From an uncultured Candidatus Saccharibacteria bacterium (GTDB taxonomy: Bacteria; Patescibacteriota; Saccharimonadia; Saccharimonadales; Saccharimonadaceae): a stretch of 48,033 nt of DNA. A program made the position numbers and the translations under genes. Every line of letters starts with the position of its first letter. Within the stretch, counting starts at the first letter, position 1. The DNA lies in NCBI GenBank assembly GCA_937873745.1, contig CALMYZ010000047.1:1-48033 (forward strand), written 5' to 3'. Below the pieces are notes generated by a model. It was not told the origin of the DNA and did no database searches. It saw only the letters and a program-made list of their open reading frames with translations. This document shows positions 17,206-26,129 of the stretch, one piece after another.

Positions 17206-18144
17206 GTGGCTAAGAATAAACAGTATCGTAGAAGTGGCTTCACTATAGTAGAGCTACTGATAGTTATTGTCGTGATAGCTATACTAGCTGCCATATCTGT
17301 TGTGGCTTACAATGGGATTCGCCAAAGGGCGATCGAGTCTAGTTTGGCTGCCGATATATCAAATGCCAATAAGCTGCTTGGTATATATCACGCAAACAAT
17401 AGTTTATATCCAGCGACCAATGCTTGCCCTGCTAGTGTATCTTCTGCTATATGCTTGACTCCGTCAGGCGGAGCAAGTTTCAACTATACCGCCAACTCCG
17501 CGCGCACAGGCTATAGCCTAACAGTCACTAATTCTGGTACAAGTATGATCTCTTATGACGGTAGTTCACCTGAGAGGTCTTACGGTAGTCGGGTGGTGAG
17601 TTTGGCGAACATGGTGAATAACGGCAACTTCAATAGTGGTCTGACTGGCTGGACTAACAATTGTCTTGGTAATTCGGTCTGCGGCGTCACTAATGGCGCA
17701 CTTAGAATGTCTAGTGACGGTAGTGCGCGGGCTATTGTATGGAGGACTCTGCCGGGTGTGTATAATGATGGCGACAAAGTATTTTATTCAGCTAACGTAA
17801 AGCGTAATAGCGGATCGGGTATGGTTATACAGGCGCATCGTAACACTGGTGGTTATGCGTACGATGTTATGTCTGCGACGAGTTTTAACGGTATAGCCAC
17901 TGGCAGCTCTACTAGGGTGTCTGGTATCCGGACATTCTTATTTAGCCAGGGTACCTACACTTCACTGCAGCTCAATAGATATGTAACAGGTGTAGTATTT
18001 GATGCGGAAATAGATAATATAGTGGCTATCAATCTAACATCAAGCTTCGGAGTTGGTAACGAGCCATCAGTCACCCAGATGGAAGCGATACTGAGTCAAT
18101 TCCCAGACAGCTACTTTGACGGTACTATCAACGCAACTTACTAG
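17206..18144 (+). CDS. Type IV pilin-like protein with large C-terminal jelly-roll/CBM-like domain
   Basis: Prepilin signal ...RRSG|FTIVELLIVIVVIAILAAISVVAY. The C-terminal part of about 180 aa begins NGNFNSGLTGWTN, which is typical of CBM4_9-like modules. The GTG at 17206 gives an 11-aa leader peptide; the track start at 17170 is also possible. Confidence 0.8.
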   Translation: MAKNKQYRRSGFTIVELLIVIVVIAILAAISVVAYNGIRQRAIESSLAADISNANKLLGIYHANNSLYPATNACPASVSSAICLTPSGGASFNYTANSARTGYSLTVTNSGTSMISYDGSSPERSYGSRVVSLANMVNNGNFNSGLTGWTNNCLGNSVCGVTNGALRMSSDGSARAIVWRTLPGVYNDGDKVFYSANVKRNSGSGMVIQAHRNTGGYAYDVMSATSFNGIATGSSTRVSGIRTFLFSQGTYTSLQLNRYVTGVVFDAEIDNIVAINLTSSFGVGNEPSVTQMEAILSQFPDSYFDGTINATY

Positions 18145-20663
18145 AGTTTTAGGAGCGCCCGGCAAACTTCTTCTTGGTTGTTTTCGATCAGCTCAACTCG
18201 AGCTTCGATACTGCTCCTACCGAGTGCTATGACTCGACTGAGGGCTGGTAGTTGGCTGAGTGGTTCAAAGAAGCTGGTGTAATCTTCTAGCTCTTCGCGG
18301 CGTACTAATCCTGTGGCTGCGTAGCGTGGATAATCGTCGAAACTTTTGTCGCCACCAAAGGTCTGTTCGATCCACGACCAATTGTCCTTCATCCATTGCC
18401 AGGTAGCTTGGCGAGCATAGCGATTGCGTATCATGTAGACAAACCAACGTCCGGTATCCTGGGTACGGATAAGTGAAGTGTCTGTTAGGTTGGTCAGTAG
18501 CCTTTGGTTGACGGCACTGTCTTTTGACGAAGTTAGGCCGATGGCGATGTCCATCTGCAGGTCGGCTGAGTTGCTAGACTCATAGAGGCTCAGGAGTGTG
18601 TCTACGGGGTCTGGCGCAAGCTCGTGTCGCACAACAGCACTATAGATAATGGAGCGTAGTTCTGGGTCTAACTGCTCGGTGTCTTGGCTGATGTAGATAT
18701 TTTTTACCATATCTAAGACCTCGGCGTCTTCGCTGTAGACTGCCATGCCGATGATAGTGGCACGCAGTCTGCTGTCGCCTTCGTTTTCACCAGGTTTAGC
18801 CTCCCAGCCGAGTCGCTGATATTCGCGCTGAGCTAACTTGTAAGATAGCTGTTTTAGCTTTTTCTCGGCTTCTTGGTTGTTTTCGACGAACTTCTTTAGC
18901 TCACCCAGTGCGAGACCGATGACGCTCCAGACGTGCTCATCCGTCTCGTCGGCATAAGCGTCGAGTATCGGTATGAGGCTGGCTGGGCTGATAAAGCCAG
19001 CTTGGGCGAGTAGGGTCTGTTCGTGAAGGAGCTGCAGGCGAGCGACCGGGCTGAGTTTGCCGGCACGCTTGCGTTCGAGTAGCGCTGAGATATGTTCCGG
19101 TGTGTAGTGCGTGATGAAGTGTGCTGTGTCGCCGTCGTTTAAGATTACTGGTGAGATGTGCTGACGCTCGATAGTAGCTTGCTCGGCTTCGAACAGCTCA
19201 GGCATTTCTGTGCAGGCTGAGCCAAGTGGGATTGGCCAAGTACGCTTCGTCTGCTCGTCGTGCTTACCGATGAAGAATTGTTGCTGGCTTAGTTCGACAG
19301 AGCCTTCTTTCTGCTCGACACCGACAACTGGATAGCCGGGCTGCGATATCCAGGTATTCATAAAGTCAGTAATATCTTTGCCGCTGGCTCGGGACAGTTC
19401 GTGCCACAGGTCATCACCCTGGGTATTGCTGTAGGCGTGTTTCAGGAAATACTGCTTGAGACCGGCCTGGAAGGCTTCGGCACCGATGTAGGTCTGGAGC
19501 ATTCGCAGCAAGCGTGCGCCCTTGGCATAGACTATTGCGCCGTCAAAGAGGGTTGATATCTCGTCTGGATGATTGACATCGACCTGAACTGACTGAACCC
19601 CGTCGATAGCGTCGCGCCTGAGAGCCATGATGCTCTCGTTTGACGAAAAGTCTAGCCAGATATTCCAGTCCGGATACAGGGCATCGATAGCAATATATTC
19701 CATCAGCGTAGCGAAGCTTTCGTTGAGCCAGAGATTATTCCACCATTCCATAGTGACTAGATTGCCAAACCATTGATGGCTGAGCTCGTGTGCTATAACA
19801 GTGGCGATGTAGCGCTTGCTAGATATACTGGTGGTTTTTGGATCAGCCAAGAGAGCCATCTCGCGGTAAGTGATGAGTCCCCAGTTTTCCATCGCACCAG
19901 ACGAGAAGTCTGGTAGGGCGACATGGTCGGACTTCGGTAGTGGATATGGTGTGTCGAAATATTCATCGAAGAAATCGATCGTCCTAGTAGCTACTTCTAG
20001 TGCGAAATCCAGACTCTCGGCGCCCTGAACCGGCGTAGCCCAGATATTGACCTCGACACCGCCATTAGTAGTAGAGGTTTTTTTGTGAAGCTCGCCGACG
20101 ACCCAGGCTAGTAGGTAAGAGCTCATGCGTGGACTACGTTCAAACTTCGTGACCAGCCTGCCTTCTTCTTCGCGCTGCCAGTCGACGGGCATATTTCCAA
20201 GCACTGTCTGACCGGTCTCGGTGGTAAGTGTCAAGTCGAAGGTTGCTTTGGCGGCTGGCTCGTCTACGCAAGGGAAGACTTCTCGAGCATGATGACTCTC
20301 GAACTGGGTGGCTAGAAGTTCTTTTTTGACACCCTCGTGCTCGAAGTAGCAGGGGTATAGGCCGTGCATAGCGTCGGTGATCTTGCCATCAAAGCCGAGT
20401 ACGATGATGTGTTCACCCGGCTGGAGCTCCGACTGGCTAAGTATCAGCTCGTCGTCATCGCCAAGCTCGTGGCTAGCCTCGCGACCGTCTATCGTGACAT
20501 CTGATATAGCCAAGTCTTTGGCATGAAGCTTGATTTTATCCTGGAGAGATTTGCCGCGCAGAGCTAGCGTGCCGTGAAATTCTCGCTCCTCGCGCTTGAG
20601 TACGATAGATAGGTCGTAGTGTTCTGGTATAAATGTTTCGATAAGTCGTGATACTGTTTGCAT
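18141..20663 (-). CDS. pepN: M1-family aminopeptidase N
   Basis: GAMEN exopeptidase motif and HELSHQWFGNLVTMEWWNNLWLNESFA (HExxH-18-E). 840 aa with an ERAP1-like C-terminal domain. Confidence 0.93.
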   Translation of the reverse strand: MQTVSRLIETFIPEHYDLSIVLKREEREFHGTLALRGKSLQDKIKLHAKDLAISDVTIDGREASHELGDDDELILSQSELQPGEHIIVLGFDGKITDAMHGLYPCYFEHEGVKKELLATQFESHHAREVFPCVDEPAAKATFDLTLTTETGQTVLGNMPVDWQREEEGRLVTKFERSPRMSSYLLAWVVGELHKKTSTTNGGVEVNIWATPVQGAESLDFALEVATRTIDFFDEYFDTPYPLPKSDHVALPDFSSGAMENWGLITYREMALLADPKTTSISSKRYIATVIAHELSHQWFGNLVTMEWWNNLWLNESFATLMEYIAIDALYPDWNIWLDFSSNESIMALRRDAIDGVQSVQVDVNHPDEISTLFDGAIVYAKGARLLRMLQTYIGAEAFQAGLKQYFLKHAYSNTQGDDLWHELSRASGKDITDFMNTWISQPGYPVVGVEQKEGSVELSQQQFFIGKHDEQTKRTWPIPLGSACTEMPELFEAEQATIERQHISPVILNDGDTAHFITHYTPEHISALLERKRAGKLSPVARLQLLHEQTLLAQAGFISPASLIPILDAYADETDEHVWSVIGLALGELKKFVENNQEAEKKLKQLSYKLAQREYQRLGWEAKPGENEGDSRLRATIIGMAVYSEDAEVLDMVKNIYISQDTEQLDPELRSIIYSAVVRHELAPDPVDTLLSLYESSNSADLQMDIAIGLTSSKDSAVNQRLLTNLTDTSLIRTQDTGRWFVYMIRNRYARQATWQWMKDNWSWIEQTFGGDKSFDDYPRYAATGLVRREELEDYTSFFEPLSQLPALSRVIALGRSSIEARVELIENNQEEVCRALLKL

Positions 20664-20698
20664 ACTACTATTGTAGCAAGTCGCTATAATAAAGACAG

Positions 20699-21358
20699 AT
20701 GAAACAATTACGCCGCCGCCGACTAGTAGTAGTAACTATCTTTTTGGTAGTGGTGAGTGTAGCGGCTCTAAATCATCAAGACTTGTATCAGCCGGTTTCG
20801 CAAGTTTCGGTAAATAAGGCTTCTAAGGTTGATGCCGATATAGATAAGCTGCCGGTCAAGGGTCGCGCACCAAAAACTGGCTATAAGCGGTCGCAGTTTG
20901 GCAACGGTTGGAGGCGGCAAGAGGGTTGCGATACGCGCAACATTATATTGTACCGAGACCTCAAGCAAGCGGTGGTAGACGACAACTGTCGGGTGCGCAG
21001 CGGCAGGCTAGACGACCCGTACACAGGCAAGCTAATTGATTTTGTGCGTGGACCAGAAGCCAGCCAGCTGGTACAGATAGATCACGTAGTGGCATTGTCA
21101 AACGCCTGGCAGACTGGTGCTCAGCAACTGACTCGCCAGCAGAGGGAAGATTTTGCAAACGATCCGCTCAATCTCTTGGCGGTAGATGGAGCTGTCAATC
21201 AGCAGAAATCTGATGGCGACGCAGCGACCTGGCTGCCACCCAATAAGGCTTTTCGCTGCCAATATGTCGAGCGTCAGGTATCCGTAAAGCTGCGCTATAG
21301 CTTGTGGGTTACCGCCCCAGAAAAGCAGGCTATCAAAAACGTACTTGCCAAATGCTAA
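20699..21358 (+). CDS. Membrane-anchored/secreted HNH nuclease, DUF1524 (GmrSD C-terminal-like) family
   Basis: N-terminal hydrophobic anchor. Motifs GYKRSQFGNGW...CDTRN, IDHVVALSNAW and AVDGAVNQQKSD are as in stand-alone DUF1524 extracellular nucleases. Confidence 0.75.
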   Translation: MKQLRRRRLVVVTIFLVVVSVAALNHQDLYQPVSQVSVNKASKVDADIDKLPVKGRAPKTGYKRSQFGNGWRRQEGCDTRNIILYRDLKQAVVDDNCRVRSGRLDDPYTGKLIDFVRGPEASQLVQIDHVVALSNAWQTGAQQLTRQQREDFANDPLNLLAVDGAVNQQKSDGDAATWLPPNKAFRCQYVERQVSVKLRYSLWVTAPEKQAIKNVLAKC

Positions 21359-21386
21359 GTAGCTTGGTAAAATATAGATAGTACAT

Positions 21387-21410
21387 TCCGGCCGGCAGGT
21401 CGGATTTTTT
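21387..21410 (+). terminator. Rho-independent terminator after the HNH nuclease gene
   Basis: TCCGGCC (21387-21393), loop GGCA, GGTCGGA (21398-21404, one G-U pair), followed by TTTTTT. Confidence 0.6.
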
Positions 21411-21427
21411 GATAAAGAAAGGATTTT

Positions 21428-22546
21428 ATGGACGAATTAAACCTAAAACAACTAACCTTAGCAGTAAACACTATCGCTGAGGAGAAAAACCTACCAGAAG
21501 ATGTAGTGATGAGTGTCATCGAGCAGGCTATTGCAGCTGCTTGGCGCCGCGACAATGGCGAGCGTGACCAAGAAGTGCGTGCCGAGCTAAATACCAACAG
21601 CGGCACAGCCAAGGTGTTTGTAGCTCGTGAAGTTGTCGAGCTGGTTGGTAGCGACGCTCTCGAGATCAGCCTAGAAGATGCCAAGAAGCAAAAAGCTGAC
21701 GCTGTACTTGGCGACATCATCGAAGAAGAGCACGAAGTAGCTAGCTTTGGTCGCGTGGCTGCTCAGACCGCCAAGCAAGTTGTCTTGCAGCGCCTACGTG
21801 AAGCGGAGCGTGAAGTTGTACTAGGCGAGTTTGAAGACAAAATCGGCACTATCGTCAACGGTACGGTTCAGCGTGTCGAGCCGCGCGTGGTGCGGGTTGA
21901 ACTCGGCAAGGCTGTCGGTATTATCCCGCAGAGTGAGCAGATTCAGGGTGAATTCTACAGCGTCGGCTCACGCATCAAGGTGTTTATCAAGGATATTGAG
22001 CGCGATAATCGTGGACCACAGTTGATTCTTAGTCGTGGCAACGAAGCGTTTGTCGAGCATTTGTTTGCCCAAGAGGTGCCAGAGATGGAGACTGGCGCAG
22101 TCGAGATCAAGGCGATTGCTCGCGAAGCGGGCCGTCGTACTAAGTTGGCAGTTGTAAGTACGGTCCCTGGTGTTGACCCGGTCGGTACATTTGTCGGTGG
22201 TCACGGCACGCGCGTCCAGGCAGTTATGAATGAAATTGGTGATCAAGAGAAGATCGACATCATCACTTTTAGCGACAATAACGAAGAGTTTATCCGCAAT
22301 GCTCTGTCTCCAGCTGAGGTGGCAAAGATAGAGATCAACGAAGCTGACAAGAAAGCTAAGGTTTTCGTGGCCGAAGATCAGCAGTCTATCGCAATTGGCC
22401 GGGCTGGTCAAAATGTCCGACTGGCTAGTCGCCTAACTGGCTACGAGCTAGATATCGAGACCGCTGTGCCAGCCAAGGAGGAGCCAAAGCCTCGCAAGAA
22501 CATCGAAGACAGCCTACTTAGCGCTGTCGAAGAAACTGCCGAATAG
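21428..22546 (+). CDS. nusA: Transcription termination/antitermination factor NusA
   Basis: NusA N-terminal domain, S1 domain (GTIVNGTVQRVE...), and two KH domains (PGVDPVGTFVGGHGTRVQ, AIGRAGQNVRLASRLTG). Confidence 0.93.
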   Translation: MDELNLKQLTLAVNTIAEEKNLPEDVVMSVIEQAIAAAWRRDNGERDQEVRAELNTNSGTAKVFVAREVVELVGSDALEISLEDAKKQKADAVLGDIIEEEHEVASFGRVAAQTAKQVVLQRLREAEREVVLGEFEDKIGTIVNGTVQRVEPRVVRVELGKAVGIIPQSEQIQGEFYSVGSRIKVFIKDIERDNRGPQLILSRGNEAFVEHLFAQEVPEMETGAVEIKAIAREAGRRTKLAVVSTVPGVDPVGTFVGGHGTRVQAVMNEIGDQEKIDIITFSDNNEEFIRNALSPAEVAKIEINEADKKAKVFVAEDQQSIAIGRAGQNVRLASRLTGYELDIETAVPAKEEPKPRKNIEDSLLSAVEETAE

Positions 22547-22566
22547 GACAGTTTTCTAACCTAAAA

Positions 22567-22593
22567 CTAGCACTCGCTTGACTAGAGTGCTAG
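22567..22593. promoter_or_regulatory. CIRCE-type inverted repeat (HrcA operator) CTAGCACTC-N9-GAGTGCTAG, doubling as the nusA terminator
   Basis: Matches the CIRCE consensus TTAGCACTC-N9-GAGTGCTAA at 8/9 positions per arm with the canonical 9-nt spacer. The stem extends to 13 bp through flanking A/T runs and is followed by a T5 run. Confidence 0.8.
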
Positions 22594-22606
22594 TTTTTCT
22601 TATACT
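22578..22606 (+). promoter_or_regulatory. clpC promoter TTGACT-N17-TATACT (-35 inside the CIRCE spacer)
   Basis: TTGACT 22578-22583, 17-nt spacer, TATACT 22601-22606. A 60-nt leader with an AAAGGAAGG SD precedes the ATG at 22667. Confidence 0.55.
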
Positions 22607-22666
22607 GGATATAGTAAGTAGTTTTTGTGCTTGCGCCTAACTCTGAAAGGAAGGATAATAGGACTA

Positions 22667-25135
22667 ATGGCTGATGATTTTCACGAATTTGTTACTCACT
22701 TGACTGACAATGCGCGGATCAGTCTGCAGCATGCTGACGCGATTGCGCGTGGTTACGGCAGTCCTTATATCGGCACCGAGCATATTTTGTTAGGTGTTTT
22801 GGCGCAAGGTGCCTCGGTCGGAGCTAAGTTGCTGGCCGATGCCGGTGTCACACTAGACAGGGCTGAGGTGGCACTTAATTTGACACCACGAAATCTAGCA
22901 GTCGGGACTATCGGTAAGGGCTTGTCTGAGACAGCCAAGCTAACTCTAAAGATGAGCTGGGATATCGCTCAAGAGTTTCATCAAGAATTTCTCGGTACCG
23001 AGCACATCTTGTACAGCATTTTAAGCCAGAAGAGTGCTCGGGCTAGTGTATTGCTACGCGACATGAGCGTCGATACTACAGAGTTGAAGTCTGAGTTAGA
23101 AGAGTTCTTCGATCGCCAGACTGGTGACTATCATCAAAACGCCACTACTTCTACGCAGCGTAAGTCTACCAAGGGTGGTGCGCTTGATGTTTTTGGTGTC
23201 GACTTAACTGCCAAAGCTCGTAGCTCACAGCTAGACCCGGTGATTGGCCGTGATCAACAGACCGAGCGAATGATCACTATCTTGAGTCGTCGCACGAAGA
23301 ACAACCCTGTCTTGATCGGTGAGCCTGGTGTCGGTAAGACGGCGATAGTCGAAGGTCTGGCGCAGCGTATCGCTAGTGAAGATGTGCCGGATCATTTGCT
23401 GGACAAACGGGTTGTCCAGCTGGACCTGGCTGCTATGATAGCCGGTACAAAGTATCGGGGTGAGTTCGAGGAGCGCCTCAAAAAAGTGATTAGCGAGCTG
23501 GCCCGTCAAAAAAACATCCTACTATTTATCGATGAATTACACCTCCTAGTAGGGGCCGGTGCCGCCGAAGGTGCGCTCGATGCTGCCAATATGCTAAAGC
23601 CAGCTCTAGCTAGGGGTGAACTGCGTCTAATCGGTGCGACAACATTTGATGAATATCGTAAACACATCGAAAAAGATTCAGCTCTAGAGCGTCGTTTCCA
23701 GACTATCGTAGTGCCAGAGCCATCTATAAAAGACACGGTCGCTATCCTAAAAGGCCTGAAGCCTCATTATGAAAAACATCACAGCGTATCTATAAGCGAT
23801 GAGTTGATAGACGACGCTGTCTATATGGCGGATCGCTACGTCTCGGAGCGTTTTATGCCAGACAAAGCCATCGACGTGATCGATGAAGCCGCGGCCTTGG
23901 TGCGAGTCAAAAGAGCACGCAAGCCAAGTAAGTTACGAGACTACACTAGACAGCTCAATAGTCTAAACGAGAAAATGGAAGAATCTGTCAATGCCAAAGA
24001 CTATGAGCGGGCCGCACTGTATAAGACACGAATTAGTCAGATTACCGAGCAGCTAGAGCAGACTAGTCAGGAGTTCGAAAAGAAGACACCCGTGAAACTT
24101 ACAGATGATGATGTAGCACATGCTATCGCGACTATGACGGGTGTGCCTGTCAAGCGAGTTCAGCGTTCGGAGGCCAAGCTGTTGCGTTCACTCGAGGCGC
24201 ATCTTGCCAAGCATGTCATCGGTCAGACCGAAGCTATCGAAAAAGTCGCCAAGGCAATTCGGCGCAGTCGTAGCGGCGTGTCATCGACCAAACGACCGAT
24301 TGGATCTTTTGTATTTATGGGACCGACTGGTGTTGGTAAGACAGAGCTTGCCAAGGTGCTGGCTCGTGAGGTATTTGGTAGTGATGATGCGCTGATCAAG
24401 ATCGACATGAGCGAGTTTGGTGAGCGCCATAACACCTCGCGCCTACTCGGTGCGCCAGCTGGCTATGTCGGCTATGACGACGGTGGTCAGCTGACAGACA
24501 AGATTCGCCGTCAGCCATATAGCGTGGTGCTGTTTGATGAAATAGAAAAGGCTCATCCAGAGGTTTTTCAGCTACTCCTGCAGCTACTTGAAGACGGCGC
24601 GCTGACTGATGCCAAAGGTAGAGTGGTTAATTTCTCCAATACTATCATCATATTGACCAGCAATCTCGGTGCTGACCGTATGATGAAAGAATCTAGCCTC
24701 GGTTTCGCGGCCAAGACCAAGCAAGACGAGAAGTTATTGGACGAGGCGCACCTAGAAAACGCCGCTGCCGCTAAGGAGGCCCTTGGCAAGATGATGCGAC
24801 CAGAGCTGATCAATCGGTTTGATGGCATCGTTACTTTTAGGGCCCTGACGCGAGCCCAAGTCGGTAAGATATTTGATAATTTCATAGCCGAACTACAGGA
24901 TAGATTGGTGCGTAAAGGTATACACCTGACGGTCAAGCCGGCCGCAAAGCGACTAATCGTCGCAGCTGGGCACGACGAAAAGTTTGGTGCCAGGCCACTC
25001 AGGCGGGCCTTGCAAGATATGCTAGAGCATCCGCTTGCTGAAGGGATATTATCTGGTGAATTCGAAAAAGGTACGGTCGTAAGCGTCGGTACGAAAAAGG
25101 GTGAAATTGAGCTATCTATCGTCACAGAAGCTTAG
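22667..25135 (+). CDS. clpC: ATP-dependent Clp protease ATP-binding subunit ClpC
   Basis: Two Clp_N repeats, two AAA+ modules ([16 protein letters not shown]), a UVR-like linker and an LGF ClpP-docking loop. The ATG at 22667 with its SD is preferred over the track start at 22625. Confidence 0.93.
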   Translation: MADDFHEFVTHLTDNARISLQHADAIARGYGSPYIGTEHILLGVLAQGASVGAKLLADAGVTLDRAEVALNLTPRNLAVGTIGKGLSETAKLTLKMSWDIAQEFHQEFLGTEHILYSILSQKSARASVLLRDMSVDTTELKSELEEFFDRQTGDYHQNATTSTQRKSTKGGALDVFGVDLTAKARSSQLDPVIGRDQQTERMITILSRRTKNNPVLIGEPGVGKTAIVEGLAQRIASEDVPDHLLDKRVVQLDLAAMIAGTKYRGEFEERLKKVISELARQKNILLFIDELHLLVGAGAAEGALDAANMLKPALARGELRLIGATTFDEYRKHIEKDSALERRFQTIVVPEPSIKDTVAILKGLKPHYEKHHSVSISDELIDDAVYMADRYVSERFMPDKAIDVIDEAAALVRVKRARKPSKLRDYTRQLNSLNEKMEESVNAKDYERAALYKTRISQITEQLEQTSQEFEKKTPVKLTDDDVAHAIATMTGVPVKRVQRSEAKLLRSLEAHLAKHVIGQTEAIEKVAKAIRRSRSGVSSTKRPIGSFVFMGPTGVGKTELAKVLAREVFGSDDALIKIDMSEFGERHNTSRLLGAPAGYVGYDDGGQLTDKIRRQPYSVVLFDEIEKAHPEVFQLLLQLLEDGALTDAKGRVVNFSNTIIILTSNLGADRMMKESSLGFAAKTKQDEKLLDEAHLENAAAAKEALGKMMRPELINRFDGIVTFRALTRAQVGKIFDNFIAELQDRLVRKGIHLTVKPAAKRLIVAAGHDEKFGARPLRRALQDMLEHPLAEGILSGEFEKGTVVSVGTKKGEIELSIVTEA

Positions 25136-26111
25136 TCACGGCGGCTCATGGCTGTCGACTATAGTATCGGTCTTGATACTTCTTTCGGTCGGCTGGCTCG
25201 GGTTTAATTACCAGTATGTAGTAGATCAAGTAGCTGTTTGGTCTTATCATTCGGATCCTCAGCTTGATCGGATAATCAATGACACTAAGCTTACTACTAG
25301 GGGCGAGTTTTACCTAAAGGCTTCAAATGCTCAAATAGCCAACGCTGATACATTTAGTAAGCAGTGTAAGAAGACAGAAAATCACAGCGCTATACTCGGC
25401 TGCTATGTAAATAACCGGATATACGTCTACGATATCACCGACGAACGACTAGACGGTATCAAGGAGGTGACGACTGTTCATGAGATGCTCCATGCTGCCT
25501 GGGATAGGCTGGGTAGCCAGCGTCAACAAGAGCTAACCAAGCTACTAGAGGCTGAATATCAGAAGCTCAAGACGGCTGAACTAGAAGAGCGTATGGCCTA
25601 TTATTATCGCAATGAACCGACCGAGATAGCCAATGAACTTCATTCTATATTGCCGACCGAGATATCGGAACTGAGCCCCGAGCTAGAGAGCTACTACTCG
25701 GGCTATACGGACGACAGAGCTGGTATCGTCTCGCTATATGATAAATACAGTGCGGTTTTTGACAGCATTCAGGACGAAGCCGACACGCTCTCGGCTCAAG
25801 CTTCGGCGCTAGCCAGCTCTATAGATACTAATACCAAGTCTTACAACGCCGACATGGCGAGCTTGAACAGCGAAATACAAAATTTTAACTCACGGGCTAG
25901 TAGCGGATATTTCAGCACGCCATCTCATTTCAATACTGCTCGCGCTGGCCTGGTGTCGCGCACAGATAGTCTAGAGTCTAGGCGCAAAGCACTTCAGGCT
26001 GACATAGACAAATACAACAGCATGGTTCAACGTCTAAACGAGCTCAGTACTAAGTCTAATGAGCTGCAGAGCAGTATCGACAGTACGCTGGCAGCTCCAC
26101 CGAGCCTTTAG
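25101..26111 (+). CDS. Membrane-anchored hypothetical protein with HExxH motif (putative metallopeptidase) and Ser-rich coiled-coil tail
   Basis: TM helix at about aa 17-37, two Cys residues, HEMLH at aa 127-131 (nt 25479-25493), and a C-terminal heptad-like Ser/Ala/Asn-rich region. The start (GTG 25101 or TTG 25107) lies inside the clpC 3' end. Confidence 0.6.
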   Translation: MKLSYLSSQKLSHGGSWLSTIVSVLILLSVGWLGFNYQYVVDQVAVWSYHSDPQLDRIINDTKLTTRGEFYLKASNAQIANADTFSKQCKKTENHSAILGCYVNNRIYVYDITDERLDGIKEVTTVHEMLHAAWDRLGSQRQQELTKLLEAEYQKLKTAELEERMAYYYRNEPTEIANELHSILPTEISELSPELESYYSGYTDDRAGIVSLYDKYSAVFDSIQDEADTLSAQASALASSIDTNTKSYNADMASLNSEIQNFNSRASSGYFSTPSHFNTARAGLVSRTDSLESRRKALQADIDKYNSMVQRLNELSTKSNELQSSIDSTLAAPPSL

Positions 26112-26129
26112 GTGGTATAATTATAAAAT

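Noticed and set aside
22625-22666. Upstream track starts for clpC (22625) and clpP (44319).
   Set aside because: The clpC extension (MCLRLTLKGRIIGL) is non-homologous and contains the SD for the ATG at 22667. The clpP extension begins inside the CIRCE stem and upstream of the -10 box.
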